Both the position numbers and the translations under genes were made by a program. From Hypanus sabinus (lineage: Eukaryota): a stretch of DNA of 64,000 nucleotides. Under the pieces are notes generated by a model. That model was not told where the DNA came from. It made no database searches and was given only the letters and a program-made list of their open reading frames with translations. The stretch spans positions 26,908,001 through 26,972,000 of the forward strand of contig NC_082735.1 of the NCBI RefSeq assembly GCF_030144855.1, given 5' to 3'. Each line of letters opens with the position of its first letter. The stretch's first letter is position 1. This document shows, in pieces, positions 39,359 through 52,177 of the stretch.

Positions 39359-41322
39359 GGCATATACCTTAGACACGTTATTAACAACACAAGGCACAGA
39401 GAAAAAAGAATCACATGATTGTAACTGCTCTCATTCATTTGGACTTAGTCAGAATACATTCCCTTTGTTCTATCCAACCCTCCATCATCTTCTCTCCTGC
39501 TAAAACAAAAGTTGTTTTTCTTTTTTCCAGTTCTGAAGAAGGCTCCCAGATCTGAAACATTAACTGTGTTGATGTCTCCACAGATGCCGCTTGACTTTCT
39601 GAGTCTTTCTAGCACCTTCTGTTTTTTTCATATTTTTACCATCAGCATTTTTAATTTTCATTGTACTTTGTCTATCATTAAGGACAAACTATGTCATGAC
39701 AAAATTGAGATCTTACTGTCTCAATAAAGGTTATCCTATGGACAGTTTGTGTTTCAGTTATTCCTCAATGCAAAGAGCTGTACATGATATGTTGTTATTA
39801 TATTAGTGTTGAGTTTTGAGTATGACTGCTTCAACAGTGGCCACTGCAAATGCCTAGCATTGTTGAGATAAGGTGAAGTAGTCTTGAGTGTAGCCAAGGA
39901 ACATGACACTTCAGCAAATTCCTTTCTGATCAACAACCAGCTGTCATTAGAGAGTAGAAATATTTCCTAGTGATGAGAAGCTCTTAGTAGCCTTACTTGC
40001 TGTCTGCACTCCTGGGAAGCCAGTAATGGTGGGAAATCCCGGTGCCCAAAATAACGCTTTCTTTCTTCTAGGGCTTTTCTTTTTGGAGTGAAGGAGGATG
40101 AGAGGTGGCTTGTTAGAGGTGTATAAGATGATAAAAGGCATAGACAGTGGACAACTAGTGCCTTTTTTCTCCCCTGGGTGGAAATGGCTAATACGAGAGG
40201 GCATAACTTCAAGATGATTGAAGGAAAATATAGGAGAGGTGTCAGAGGTAGTTTTTTTTCTACACAGAGAGCGTTGGGTGTGTGGAACACACTGCCAGGG
40301 CTGGTGGTAGAGACAGATACGTTAGAGACATTTAAGAGACTTTTAGGTACATGGACAACAGAAAGTTAGAGGGACATGTGAAAGGGAAGCATCAAGTTGA
40401 TCTTGGAGTAGTTTAAAAGGTTGGTATAACATCATGCCCTGAAGAGCCTACACTGTGCTGTCCTGCTCAGTGTTTTTCAATAAAATTTTAAATTGGTGAA
40501 ATAATTCCTTTGAGAACGTACAGCCTTTATTTTCCATCTATTTTTCAGGATCTGGCCATTGCTGGCTAGTCTGGGATTTGTCCTGGATGCTGTTAAGCTT
40601 CAGGAGAGTTGTTAGTGCTACACTCTTCCAGGCAAGTAGAATATTTCCAACCCTGCCTGGTATGGTGGCAGAGGTAAATACATTAGAGGCTTTTAAAAGA
40701 CATTTAGATGGGCACATGAATGTGAGGAAGGTGGAGGGATATCGACATTATGTAGATAAGAGGGATTCATTTTTGGGTTTTTTTAATTTACTTTTTAGCT
40801 GGTTTGGCTCAACATTGTGGGACGAAGGGTCTGTTCCTGTGCTGTACTCTTCTATGTTCTATTTCAATAGATTCTTGACTTGTCCATTGTAGATGGCGGA
40901 ATGGCCTTGGGGTGCTGAGTTCCTCCAGCATTTTGTGTGTGTACATGAAAACATGGCTGAAAGTCCTCTCACAGGATGTCATATATCTATGTGATGAGAA
41001 ACTCAGAGCTTCAGACAAATCCATACAGGTAGGAAATTGAGTTTCTGAAGACCACACATGGGCAGCTTTTTGCAGAGAATAGCATTATTTGTCTCCTGCC
41101 TAAAGGTCTGTGATGTTCTGTGAGTGGCCTGCCAAACATATCATGAACCTTCTAGTGATGCAGTGCTGCAAATGAGCAATTAGTACAATATTTCTCGGTG
41201 GTAAAAGTACTAGTTGCTAGTTGTACAGGTTTCTGTGGACTTTGGAGTAGCTTCATCAATCTGCAGTCAGTCCTGAGGCGGCCTATTCAGGTCACCAAAG
41301 TCAACAATCTGTTCCTTTAAAT

Positions 41323-41387
41323 CGGGTTCCCAACCTTTTTTATGTCACTAACCAAGGGGTTGGTGGATCCCAGGTTGGGAACCCTTA
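41323..41387. mobile_element. Second copy of the hAT MITE
   Basis: GGGTTCCCAACC and GGTTGGGAACCC; exact 8-bp TSD CTTTAAAT. A partial third copy lies at ~60305-60352. Confidence 0.82.
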
Positions 41388-41493
41388 CTTTAAATGATAA
41401 AAAAAAAGAATATGGCAAAGCATGGTCCTAGCTCTGGGTAGAATCTTCCATTACAGACCTTTGAGTTCTAATTCACGTAGTGGTGTAAACAGC

Positions 41494-41637
41494 CCTAACA
41501 TGGTTTGGGTCATGCCTGTCGATCCTGACATGGTTTGGATCTCGCCTGATAGTCCTGACTTGGTTTGGGTCATTCCTATTGATCCTGACATGGTTTGGGT
41601 CATGCCTGTTGATTCTGACATGGTTTGGGTCATGCCT
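41494..41637. repeat. 30-bp minisatellite, ~4.8 units (CCTGACATGGTTTGGGTCATGCCTGTYGAT)
   Basis: Units start at 41494, 41524, 41554, 41584 and 41614. Confidence 0.95.
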
Positions 41638-42624
41638 AACACGAAAAGATTGTGTTGCAGGCTAACGTACATCAAATGTGGAAGAGTCCAATATAATTTT
41701 GCTCACTGTGCAATTTCCCCTCAATGACACAGTTGTTAATTCTAGACTAGAGGCCACGGTTCATGATATGCTGGGAAGGCCACTCATTTCCTCTCCTTAG
41801 CTTACAAAGAAACCCAACCCAATAATTGTTACTGTGCAATGTCTACTTTGTCCATAGATACGTGTTCAAATCTTACCATGACAGCTGAGGAATTTAAATT
41901 CAATTTATTAAATACATTTGGAGTTACAAGCTAGTCACTGTAATAGCAATCGCGAGGACAGGAGTGTTGCAGAAACCCATTTGGTTTACTAATATCCTTC
42001 ATGGAACAAAATCTGACACATGCGGATGTGATTCCAGACCCAGCGACATATTTGGCTCTGAATTATCTTCTGAATTTAGGAGAAATTAGGGATAGATAAT
42101 AAGCACTTGATTACCAGCAACATTCATGACCCATAAACAAATAAGAAGAGACAACTAGTGCAAGTTACATGCAAAATCAATTTATGTTGTTCTGGACTAC
42201 TTTTCAACATGAAATATGAGTTTATTTCTATGGTTTAATTTACAACTGCAATCATCAGATTCATGTGAGCAAGCACCTTATTCATTTTCTCCTCCATAGT
42301 TTACCTAATAATTATAACTGAACTGTGTCTAGTTTTTCCATTTAATCCCAGACAAAAAGTGGCAAGATTACGTCTGGGCACAGAGGTTATCATAACTGAA
42401 CTTACCACTTTCTCTAATTCATCGTCTGCAACAGAGAAACTTTCTGGGATCAATTAATATCAAATGGGACCAACATCTGGACACGCTAGCTGCCGCAGCT
42501 GTGATCAGCCAACTATTCAGCCACATCCTGATCCGATGGCCTTGTTATGTCAGATTTAAGTATTTGCTTGTTCAATCTAAAGTTGCCAACTTGTGCTGAA
42601 GTATGCAATTCATTACAGAATGCA

Positions 42625-42980
42625 TAAACACAAAAATGTCTACAGATACTGGAAATCCAAAGCAACACACACAAAATGCTGGAGGAACTCAGCAGGTCAG
42701 GCAGCACCTGTGGGAATGAATAGACAGTCGAAGTTTCAATTGAGACCCTTCTTCAGGACTGAGAAGGAAGGGGAAGACGTCAGAATAAAAAGGTTGGGGG
42801 GGTGGGGGGAGGGAAGTGAGTAGCTGAAAGGTGATAGGTGAAACCAGGTGGGTGGGAGAAGTCGAGGGCTAGGGAAGGATAAATCTGATAGAAGAGGAGA
42901 GTGGACCACAGGAGAAAGGAAAGGAGGAGGGGGCCCAGGGGGAAGCAGGCGAGAAAAGGTATAAAGTCAGAGTGGGAAAT
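42625..42980 (-). mobile_element. Penelope-like 3' UTR/tail fragment
   Basis: Reverse complement of the same tail and purine-rich UTR. Confidence 0.78.
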
Positions 42981-44375
42981 GCATATAGTTGAGGTTCTGC
43001 TCCATGCCAGCAAAGGTCATAGTGCTTTTGGAAGCGTAGCTTACTGTATGTCACTGTTTTGATCTTAAGTAGATACATTTTGGTTTTCGAGTAGATGGAG
43101 CTCATCAGCCTGGGAAGGCAGCCAATCTAGGAGAGGGAAAACTCTGATTTCAAACCTCCACTGCCTTGCGGCCATATCCACTCATGGGAAAGGCTTCAGG
43201 AGTAAACCCTGAGGACAAATCCGGAGCTGGAGTCCCTAAGGCAGTCCGACGTTGCCTTCAACCTCACTCTGGCAACTCCTGCGATGTCACTGGTGCCAAG
43301 CTGTGTCAGACCTTGCCCTTCCCTTAGACAACATCGGTGTCGTGGAGAGGGGAGACTCGCTGCATGGGCCACTACCGGTCTTCCATACAACCTTGCCCAG
43401 GCCTGTGCCCTGGAGACCTTCCAGGTGCAGATGCATGGTCTCATGAGTCTAATGGATGCCACACACATTTTGGCTGATCTCTGTAAACAATGCATTTTCA
43501 GATATGTACTCTTACCAGGCCTGAAGAAATAAAGCTTACAGAAAGACAAAACTCACCTTCCACTTTTTAAAAAAATGTAAGTTACTTAAGGCACCTCTTG
43601 TCCATGTGACTGAAAATATGGGCAGGACCTATATCTTCAACCACTACTCTAAATGTATAATTAGAAAAATACAGCACAAAAAGAGGGCCTTCAGCCCATC
43701 TAGTCCATGCTGAACTCTTTAAACGGCTTACTCCCATTGACCTGCACCCAAACCATAGCTATCAAAAATGTGGTTTCATTTTCTCTAACATCAAGGCGGT
43801 GCGTAGAGCACTGTTGTTGTAACATTCCGAAGTGGTGAAAGCTTCCAATTAAATTCATGAAACCTGGCCAAAATGCATTATAGGTGGTTGTACAATACAG
43901 ATTAAAGTTGGACGCAAATGTATTACTGACACTGACAGATGGTCACCAAAATCCTGGTGTTTTTGGATAATCAATTAACCACTGATACTTTTCTCAAATA
44001 GGTGCCAAGAATCAATAGAACCACTTGCCTCCTGTGTTTCCTGCCAGTGTCTGCAAAAAATGTTTAACCTTGGTTTGTGTTTTAGCCGGTGCTGTCAAAT
44101 TTCTGAGAAGGAAATGCCATGAACAAACCTTCTGCAGCTTTGTAGCATGACTGTGCTCCAAACCAACTGGGCCAGTTTTGCAAGAGTTATTAGTATAATT
44201 TAAAAATAAATCGATTTCAGATTCAGATCTATTTATCACATTGAAATACACAGTGAAAAGCACCATTTGCGGTAATAACCAACACACCTAAGCATGAGCT
44301 GGGGGCAGCAAGTCTTGCCTCATATTGAGGCGCCCAACAATATTCAGCAGGACTACGCAAACAACAATGACAGAA

Positions 44376-44790
44376 CAAACATTAGAAATTCTGCAGATGC
44401 TGGAAATCCAAAGCAACACACACACAAAACGCTGGAGGAACTCAGCAGGTCAGACAGCATCAATGGAAATGAACAAACAGTTGACATTTCGGGCCAAGAT
44501 CTTACTTCAGAGACTGAGAAGGAAGTTTGGGGGGGGGAGGGGAAGATGCTAGAATAACAAGGTGGGGGCAAGGGAGGGAGGCTGGCTGGAAGGTGATAGG
44601 TGAATGCATGGGGGGCTGGGAAAGATCAAGGGCTGGAGAATAAGGAATCTGATAGGAGAAGAGAGTAGACTGTGGGAGAAAGAGAAGGAGGAGGGGACTC
44701 GGAGAAGTGATAGGCAGGTGAGAAGAAGTGAAAGGTCAGAGTGGAGACTAGAAGAAGGGGGTGGGGGAGGGGGTGATTTGTTCACTGGAA
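44376..44790 (-). mobile_element. Penelope-like 3' UTR/tail fragment
   Basis: Reverse complement of the same tail and UTR. Confidence 0.78.
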
Positions 44791-45488
44791 TGAGAAATGG
44801 CCATGGATTGACACATCAGATCGGAAATGGGAACTGGAATGAACAACAGAACAAAACAAGGCAACAGCAGCAAAACCAGCCCCTTTACCAACCAGCCACC
44901 CTACATAGACAGAGATATAAAAACAGCTGGGTGAATGCTGTTTTTCTTTAAAGTCAGTTCCACAGGAGACAGTTCAAACTAAAATATTATTTTAATAGAA
45001 TTATAATACAAATATATCCAAGACTGACATTCACCACCAATTAAGCACAGTACCCAAACAGGCTACAGCCTAACAAGAATACAGATGATGCCCATGTGCA
45101 AAATTGCAACAGGAAAGAACCTCTGGTTTTAATGAACAGAATATCAGTTGAGATCAGATGAGTTCACTTGACAAAAACAGTGTGGCGGCTGGAGAAATGG
45201 ATGATAACTCCAGGTCTAACCACAGTCTGTTTCAAGTCAGTTGATGTTGATTGGTATGTTAGTATGAGTCAACCATGGCCTTGAACTAGCATGGGTAACT
45301 TAGAAAGCAGCCCAGCTTCTTGCTCCTCAACACCAGCTGTGACTCAGCCAGATGGAATGCTAACTGGCAACCACAGAAACAAATTTTCATGGTGTTACTG
45401 CCATTGAGTTTTCAACTATCACTTTTATGGGGATCGCCAGAACTTAATTGGATCTCCTAATAAGGGACAAGTCAAGTGCACAATAGAA

Positions 45489-45654
45489 GCAACACACACA
45501 AAATGTTGGTTGAACGCAGCATTCCCACCAGCAGGCCAGGCAGCATCTATAGGAAGAAGCACTGTCGACGTTTCGAGCCAAGACCCTTCGTCAGGAGTCC
45601 TGCATTTTGTGTGTGTTGCTTGAGTTTCCAGCATTTGCAGATTACCTCGTGAAT
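45489..45654. mobile_element. Short palindromic Penelope-derived insertion
   Basis: Inverted tail copies; exact 12-bp TSD TGCACAATAGAA at 45477 and 45655. Confidence 0.82.
45563..45598 (-). ncRNA. Minimal hammerhead motif with intact catalytic core but truncated stem I
   Basis: Minus strand reads CTC CTGACGA A GGGTCTTGGCTC GAAA C GTC GACAG. Confidence 0.6.
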
Positions 45655-46015
45655 TGCACAATAGAACCCACTGGGTGTCCCAGAGCAAAACTAAAGAAGC
45701 ACAACACTGTACAGCACAACAGTCTGCTTAACCAACAACCGAGCTAATTGCTGCCTCTACCACCAGCTTACTGTGTCTCAAAGGACAGTGCAGCAACTCC
45801 CCTTGGACTCCATTATAGCAGCTCTCAGAATGGTTAACTCTTGCACCCTGAAGGTTAAGGGAGGCTGAAGCACAAGAACTTAACTTCACCTCAGGCTTGC
45901 GTACATTTCTGTCAATATTTCTTCACTGTTTAAAGATAGAAAAATACAGCCAAGGAGCAGACTATCTGTAGAACACAATGTTTGTACTGAACACGATGGA
46001 AAATTATTTTGCCAC

Positions 46016-46229
46016 TGATGCACCATCAATAACTCACACTGAGACGTAAGGCGAGATATCGGCTTTTATTGACTGGAAGAAGGAACCAGGAGTGAGTGTC
46101 CATCATACTATGTCCTGGAGACTGAGGCCGAGCGTCAGGCCTCAGATCGCCTTTATACAGGGGCCTGTGGGAGGAGCCACAGGAGCATTCAGCAGGGGGC
46201 GTGTCCAGACAGGCACATAGTTCACCACA
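46016..46229 (-). mobile_element. Solo LTR (Gypsy family as above)
   Basis: Full TG..CA LTR with TSD GCCAC on both sides. Confidence 0.95.
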
Positions 46230-47261
46230 GCCACGATCCAGATCTATTAGCCTCTTAAACACCACTATCATATCTCCCTCTGTTATAATCCTTTGGCAGC
46301 CCTTTCCAGGCATTTTTCATTCTATATATAAAAAATTGCCCCTTATACCACCCATGAACCTTCCTCCTTCTCTTCATTGTATATCCTCCAGTATTTGACT
46401 TATCTACCCCAGCTGAAATATTCCGCTGTCTATCTTATTAATGCCTCTGATGCTTCAGAGAAAACAGCTTATTTGTCCAACCCCTCCTTATAGCTCACAC
46501 CCTCTGATCAAAGCAGCATCCTGGTAATCTTCTGTACTCTTTCCAAAGCTTCCACATTCTTCCTGTAATGTAAAGACCAAAATTGCATTCAACACCTCAG
46601 GTGCAGCCTTTATGACTTGCTTACACTTACACTGAGTGCCTTAACCAGTAAAGGCCAGCCTGGAATATGCCTTCTCTACCATCCTATTTACTTGGATGGC
46701 TACTTTCAGGGAACTATGGAAATGGACCTCAAGATTCCTCTGTACATCAAAGTTTTTATGAGGTCCTGCCATTAACTGTATATTTGACCTCATAAAGTGA
46801 AACACACCCCTTAGCCCCAGATTAAACTCTATCTGTCATTTCTACACCCATTTATGTTCTATATTCCGTTACATCCTCTGACAATCTTCTCCCCTTTATT
46901 ATATAGCCCCTAGTATTTAGCTCCTTAAGGTGGTGCAGATAAGTGGCGATGCTTTGCGTAAAGCTCCAGTGGGAATAATTAAGTATTCCCAGTTAGGACC
47001 ACCACAGCCAAAATCCACAGTCACAGCCACTGGGAACTGCAGTAAGCAACATTGTTGTAAGACGTTTAAAAAGACCTATCAATCTTCAAAATCTGCAGTC
47101 CCTGGACAGCAGACTTGGGTCGTGAGTGTAATTCACCTTTAAGAGAAAGGAAACCTGGAAAGGGGGCCAGTCTGCAGGTACGATTGAAATGCAGAGGTCT
47201 TAGAATCACCCCCCCCCCCCCGCCACTCCCAACTATCCTAATGGTGAATGTACAATCTTTG

Positions 47262-47445
47262 TGATGCACCATCAATAACTCTGAGACTTTGCTGCAAGAG
47301 ACCACCACACAACATCCTGGAGACTGAGGGAGGAGCAGTGCCTCCAATCGCCTTTATACCGGGGTCCGTGGGAGAAGCCACAGGAGCAGTCAGCGGCCGG
47401 GGGGGGGGGGGGTCGTGAACAGACAGGTATATGCAGTTCACCACA
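47262..47445 (-). mobile_element. Solo LTR, diverged variant lacking the AATAAA-containing segment
   Basis: Same termini; TSD CTTTG on both sides. Confidence 0.9.
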
Positions 47446-47589
47446 CTTTGAAAAATAAACACCCTAGTTTCACTGCTCTTACAATGATACAATTTGACAG
47501 TACTGAACATGGAATTTGAAGAACTCATACAAACCCTCAGCTTGCTTATGCAAGAAAGAGGTCATGTTTAATTTCAGTAGAAAACATCA

Positions 47590-48452
47590 AGCACATCTGT
47601 ACCTTCCCACTCTCCATTTTCCACAGGGATTGCTTCCTCCATGAGTCCCTTTACCAGTCGTCCCGCCCCATTAACCTTACCCAGCACTTACCCTGGCAAG
47701 CAGCCGAAGTACTACACCTGCCCCTTCACCTCCTTTCAGGGCCCCAAACAGTCCTTCCAGGTGAGGCAACACTTCACCTGCGAATCTGCTGGGTCGTCTA
47801 TTGTGTACAGTGCTCCCGATGCAGCCTCCTCTACACTGGTGAGACCCATCATAAATTGGAAGACTGCTTTGTTAAGCGCCTCCACTCAACCTGCCAAAAG
47901 TGGAACTTCCCAGTGGCCCAATATTTTAATTCCCCATCCCATTCCCGTCTCGCCATGTCGGTCCATGGGCTCCTCTTGTGCCATGTTGAGTCCACCCTGA
48001 AGGTGGAGGGGCAACACCTTATATTTTGTCTGAGCAGCCTCCAACCTGATGGCATGAATATCAATTTCTCCTTCTGGCCATTTTCCCCTCCTCCTCCCCT
48101 CTTCTCCTATCCCCCACCCTGGCCTCTTCTCACCTGCCTGTCACCTTCCCCTGGTGCCCCTCCTCCTTCCTTTTCTCCTATGGTCCACTCTCCTCTCCTG
48201 TCAGATTCCTTCCTCTCCAACCCCTTTACCTTTCCCACCCACCAGACCTCACTTATCACCTTCTAGCTCTCCTTCTTCTCCTTCCCCCCCACCTTTTTAT
48301 TCTGGCATCTTCCCCCTTCCGTCGTGACAAAGGGTCTCGTCCCGAAACATCGACTGTTCACTTCCACAGATGCTGCCTGCCCTGCTGAGTTCTTGCAGCA
48401 TTCTGTGTGCATTGCTTTTGATTTCCAGCATCTGCAGAAATTCTTGTGTTTA
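47590..48452 (+). mobile_element. Penelope-like element 3' part (GIY-YIG remnant + 3' UTR)
   Basis: Homologous to 55372-56263; ORFs 47641 and 47856 (QHLIFCLSSLQPDGMNINFS). Confidence 0.87.
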
Positions 48453-48976
48453 AAATTCTTCTCTTTCCTTTCCCACCCTTTGCTTAACTAGCTAGCTATC
48501 ACTTGTTAATGTGGACGTTGACATTTTGGTATACTAAATCAGCTGTGAGCAGCACCTCAGCCAAATATGTGGGATGACTCAGAATTTGGCAGGGAGCTTA
48601 AGAAGTCTGAACTCTTGTCTACTTCCTGCTCCTGGCTTCATACCGGAGACCAGCTGAGATCCTTGAATATCCACAGGGCATCAAACTGATATAGCTGGCA
48701 TTTGTTTAGTACCTTGCTTTGAGGAGCTAACCTTTAAGCTTTTTAATAGAGTGTAAATGGTAGAAACAATGAGAAGGGGGTGTGATTGGAACACGATAAC
48801 ACACAGTTCAACAAACAGCTGGACAGAAGTAAGAAGTGAAGAAATTCCATAAATGTAAAGAAAGTTCCAGGTTCAACATTTTCACACACTGCGGGTGGAA
48901 GAAGTGTTGGGTAGTGGAATCAACTGAAATTGCAGATTCCAACTCTGGGCTGTCACGCGTCCATCATTTTCTGCTT

Positions 48977-49468
48977 AGAATCAGAATCAGGTTTATTGTC
49001 ACCAGCATGTGTCATGAAATTCATTCAAGTTCAATGCAATACATAGTATAGAATGAATGAATGAATAAGTAAATAAACACACAAATAAATAAATAAATTA
49101 TAGTATATGTATATTGAATAGATTTAAAAATTGTGCAAAAACAGAGGTTTAAAAAGTGAGGTAGTGTTCATGGGTTCAATGTCCAATTAGAAATCAGATG
49201 TCAGAGGGGAAGAAGCTGTTCCTGAACTGCTGAATGTGTGCCTTCAGGCTCCTGTACCGCCTACCTGATGATTACAATGAGAAAAGGGCATGGCCTGAGT
49301 GCTGGGGGTTCTTAATAATAGACGCTGCCTCTCTGAGACACTGCTCCCTGAAGATGTCCTGGGTACTTTGTAGACTAGTACCCAAGATGGAGCTGACTAA
49401 ATTTACAACCCTCTGCAGCTTCTTTCAGTCCTGTGCAGTAGCCCCCACCCCCACATCAGACAGTCAGA
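48977..49468 (-). mobile_element. Rex1/Babar-like LINE 3' end hosting the Gypsy insertion; resumes at ~54196-54255
   Basis: (CTGATT)n tail AATAAACCTGATTCTGATTCT. Related copies at ~58480-58840(-) and 63434-63708(+). Confidence 0.72.
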
Positions 49469-49685
49469 CAGACTGATGCACCATCAATAACTCTCTGAGA
49501 CGGGAGGCGAGATGTCGGCTTTTATTGACTGGAAGAAAGAACAAGCAGCAGCTGACCACCATACTACATCCTGGAGACAGAGGGCAGTGCTCAGGCCCCA
49601 ATCGCCTTTATACTGGGGTCTGTGGGAGGAGCCAGAGGAGCAGTCAGCAGGGGCGTGTCCAGACAGGTATATGTAGTTCACCACA

Positions 49686-49707
49686 TTCACCCCCCCTCCT
49701 TTGTTTT
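49686..49707 (-). promoter_or_regulatory. Polypurine tract of the Gypsy element
   Basis: AAAACAAAGGAGGGGGGGTGAA immediately before TGTGG of the 3' LTR. Confidence 0.85.
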
Positions 49708-49744
49708 AAAAGAGAGTCCCCATGGGGCGAAGTTTCTTACAAGT

Positions 49745-50700
49745 ATATTTACAGGTTGTCTATCAGGTGGTCGAATCTGTCGCTGCGATCTACGTAGCAC
49801 CGACTGTGATTGCACAGGTGCCGGTGGTGATTGCACCAGAGACGGTGGTTGTGCTGGTTCCGGCCTAACTGGAGGTGTCAGCCCATTAGGTGTCAGTGAT
49901 CCCTCATGCGTGTGCATGGTATAGGAGCGTCTTGAGGAGTCTGTGTAGGGCTCGGTGTGCACGGTGTCACCTCAGGTACAGGGTTCATAGTTACCATGGA
50001 GTGTTCGGGGTAGTGATCTGCTGCTCCTGCGGGCGCTAGGTCGCGGACTGAGACAGTGTCCTCCCACCCATCAAGTAAGACCACGTAGGCATACTGGGGG
50101 TTCGCATGTAGAAGGTGAACCCTCTCGACCAGCGGGGAGTATTTATTACTCCTCACATGTTTCTGGAGCAGCACTGGCCCTGGCGATGTCAGCCAAGCTG
50201 GTAGGGTGGTCCCAGTGGCAGACTTCATGGGAAAAGAGAATAGGCGCTTGTGAGGGGTGGCATTGGTAGACGTACACAACAGAGAGCGGATAGAGTGGAG
50301 TGCCTCTGGGAGGACCTCCTGCCATCGAGAGACCGGCAACCCTTTTGACTTAAGGGCTAAAAGTGTGGCCCTCCACACTGTGGCATTCTCCCTCTCCACC
50401 TGTCCACTTCCCCGGGGATTATAGCTTGTGGTCTGACTAGCAGCAATGCCCCTAGCTAGCGGGTACTGGCACAGCTCGTCACTCATAAAGGAGGACCCTC
50501 TATCACTGTGGATATAGCAGGGATACCCGAACAGAGTGAAGAGCTGGCGCAGGGCTTTTATGACAGACGTGGCAGTGGTGTCGGGGCAGGGGATGGCAAA
50601 GGGGAACCACGAGTACTCGTCGATAATGTTGAGAAAGTAGACATTGCGGTCGGTGGAGGGAAGGGGGCCCTTAAAGTCAACACTCAGTCGCTCAAAGGGG
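49745..50700 (-). pseudogene. Gypsy integrase core and C-terminus, frameshifted
   Basis: DDE motifs LSVDFKGPLP, IHSDRGSSFMS, GQVERENATVW; Pro-rich tail ending RRSQRQIRPPDR; no chromodomain or env seen. Confidence 0.9.
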
Positions 50701-52177
50701 CGGGTGGCCTTGATAAGTTGTGCCTTTTCAGGATGGTAGAAGTGCGGTTTGCACTCAGCCAGACTTGGTAGTCCCTGGTCATCGTCCTGATGTCCTCAAG
50801 GGAGTACGGCAGGTTCCGGGCTTTCACGAAATGGTAAAATCGGGTGACCCCCGGATGGCAAGGATGTGCATGGAGGGCGTATAGCTGGTCGAGCTGTGTG
50901 CTGGCACATGCTCCCCGGGATAGGGCATCAGGGGGCTCATTGAGCCTTCCAGGCCGGTACAGGAGATCATAGTTGTAGGTGGAGAGTTCTATTCTCCACC
51001 ACAGAATTTTATCATTTTTGATTTTGCCCCGCTGTTGGTTGCTGAACATGAACGCAAATGAGCGCTGGTCGGTCAGCAATGTGAACCTTTTGCCTGCGAG
51101 ATAGTGCCTCCAGTGCCTAATAGCTTCCACTATGGCCTGGGCTTCTTTCTCTACTGCGGAGCGCCGAATTTCAGGGCCTTGAAGGGTACGAGAGAAGAAT
51201 GCTACTGGCCTGCCTGCCTGATTGAGAGTAGCAGCCAGTGTGAAGTCGGAGGCGTCACTCTCTACTTGGAAGGGATTGGTCTCGTCCACCGCATGCATCG
51301 TTGCTTTGGCAATGTCCACTTTAATGCAGCTGAAGGCCGCGCGGGCCTCGGCAGAGAGGGGAAATGTGGTAGACTTGACCAGGGGGCAGGCCTTGTCTGC
51401 GTAATGGGGGACCCATTGGGCGTAATAGGAAAAGAAGCCCAGGCACCGTCTGAAGGCTTTGAGAGTGGTGGGAAGAGGGAGTTCTAACAGGGGGTGCATA
51501 CGGTCAGGATCAGGGCCAATGACCCCGTTTTCCACGACATACCCAAGGATAGCGAGTCCGGTGGTTCCAAACACACACTTGTCCCTGTTATAAGTAAGGT
51601 TCAGGGCTTCAGCCACTTGGAAAAATCGTTGGAGGTTGGCATTGTGATCCGACCAGTCGTGACCACAGATGGTGATGTTATCCAGATAGGGAAATGTGGC
51701 CTTCAGTTCGCACTGGTCCACCATCCAGTCCATTTCCCTCTGGAAGACAGAGACACCATTTGTGACACCGAAGGGGACGCGCAAGAAGTGATAGAGCCTG
51801 CCACCCGCCTCAAAGGCAGTGTAGGGGTGGCCCTCTGGGCGGATGGGGAGCTGGTGATAAGCGGATTTCAGATCTATTGTCGAGTACACCTTGTACTGAG
51901 TTATCTGGTTGACCATATCCGTGATGCGGGGTAGTGGGTACGCGTCAAGCTGCATGAACCTATTGATGGTCTGGCTATAGTCCACAACCATCCTATTTTT
52001 CTGCCCAGTCCGAACAACAACCACCTGGGCCCTCCAAGGACTTATGCTTGGCTCAATGATCCCCTCCCCGAGCAGCCGCTGCACCTCTGACTGAATGAAG
52101 GCCCTGTCCCCCGCGCTGTACCTCCTGCTTTTAGTTGCCACAGGTTTACAGTCGGGGGTCAGGTTGGCGAACAGCAA
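50684..52177 (-). pseudogene. Gypsy reverse transcriptase-RNase H and start of integrase (497-aa open piece)
   Basis: RMVVDY, YPLPRI, IDLKSAYHQ, PFGVTNG, YLDN, ESDASD, EKEAQA, LTDQRS, DALSR, HAHPCHPG. Confidence 0.95.

Noticed and set aside
41494-41637. CRISPR-like array
   Set aside because: Units are contiguous with no unique spacers, there are no cas genes, and the DNA is vertebrate.
49687-49962. env or accessory ORF in the Gypsy element
   Set aside because: It is the frameshifted Pro-rich integrase tail; there is no room for env before the PPT and no signal or transmembrane segment.
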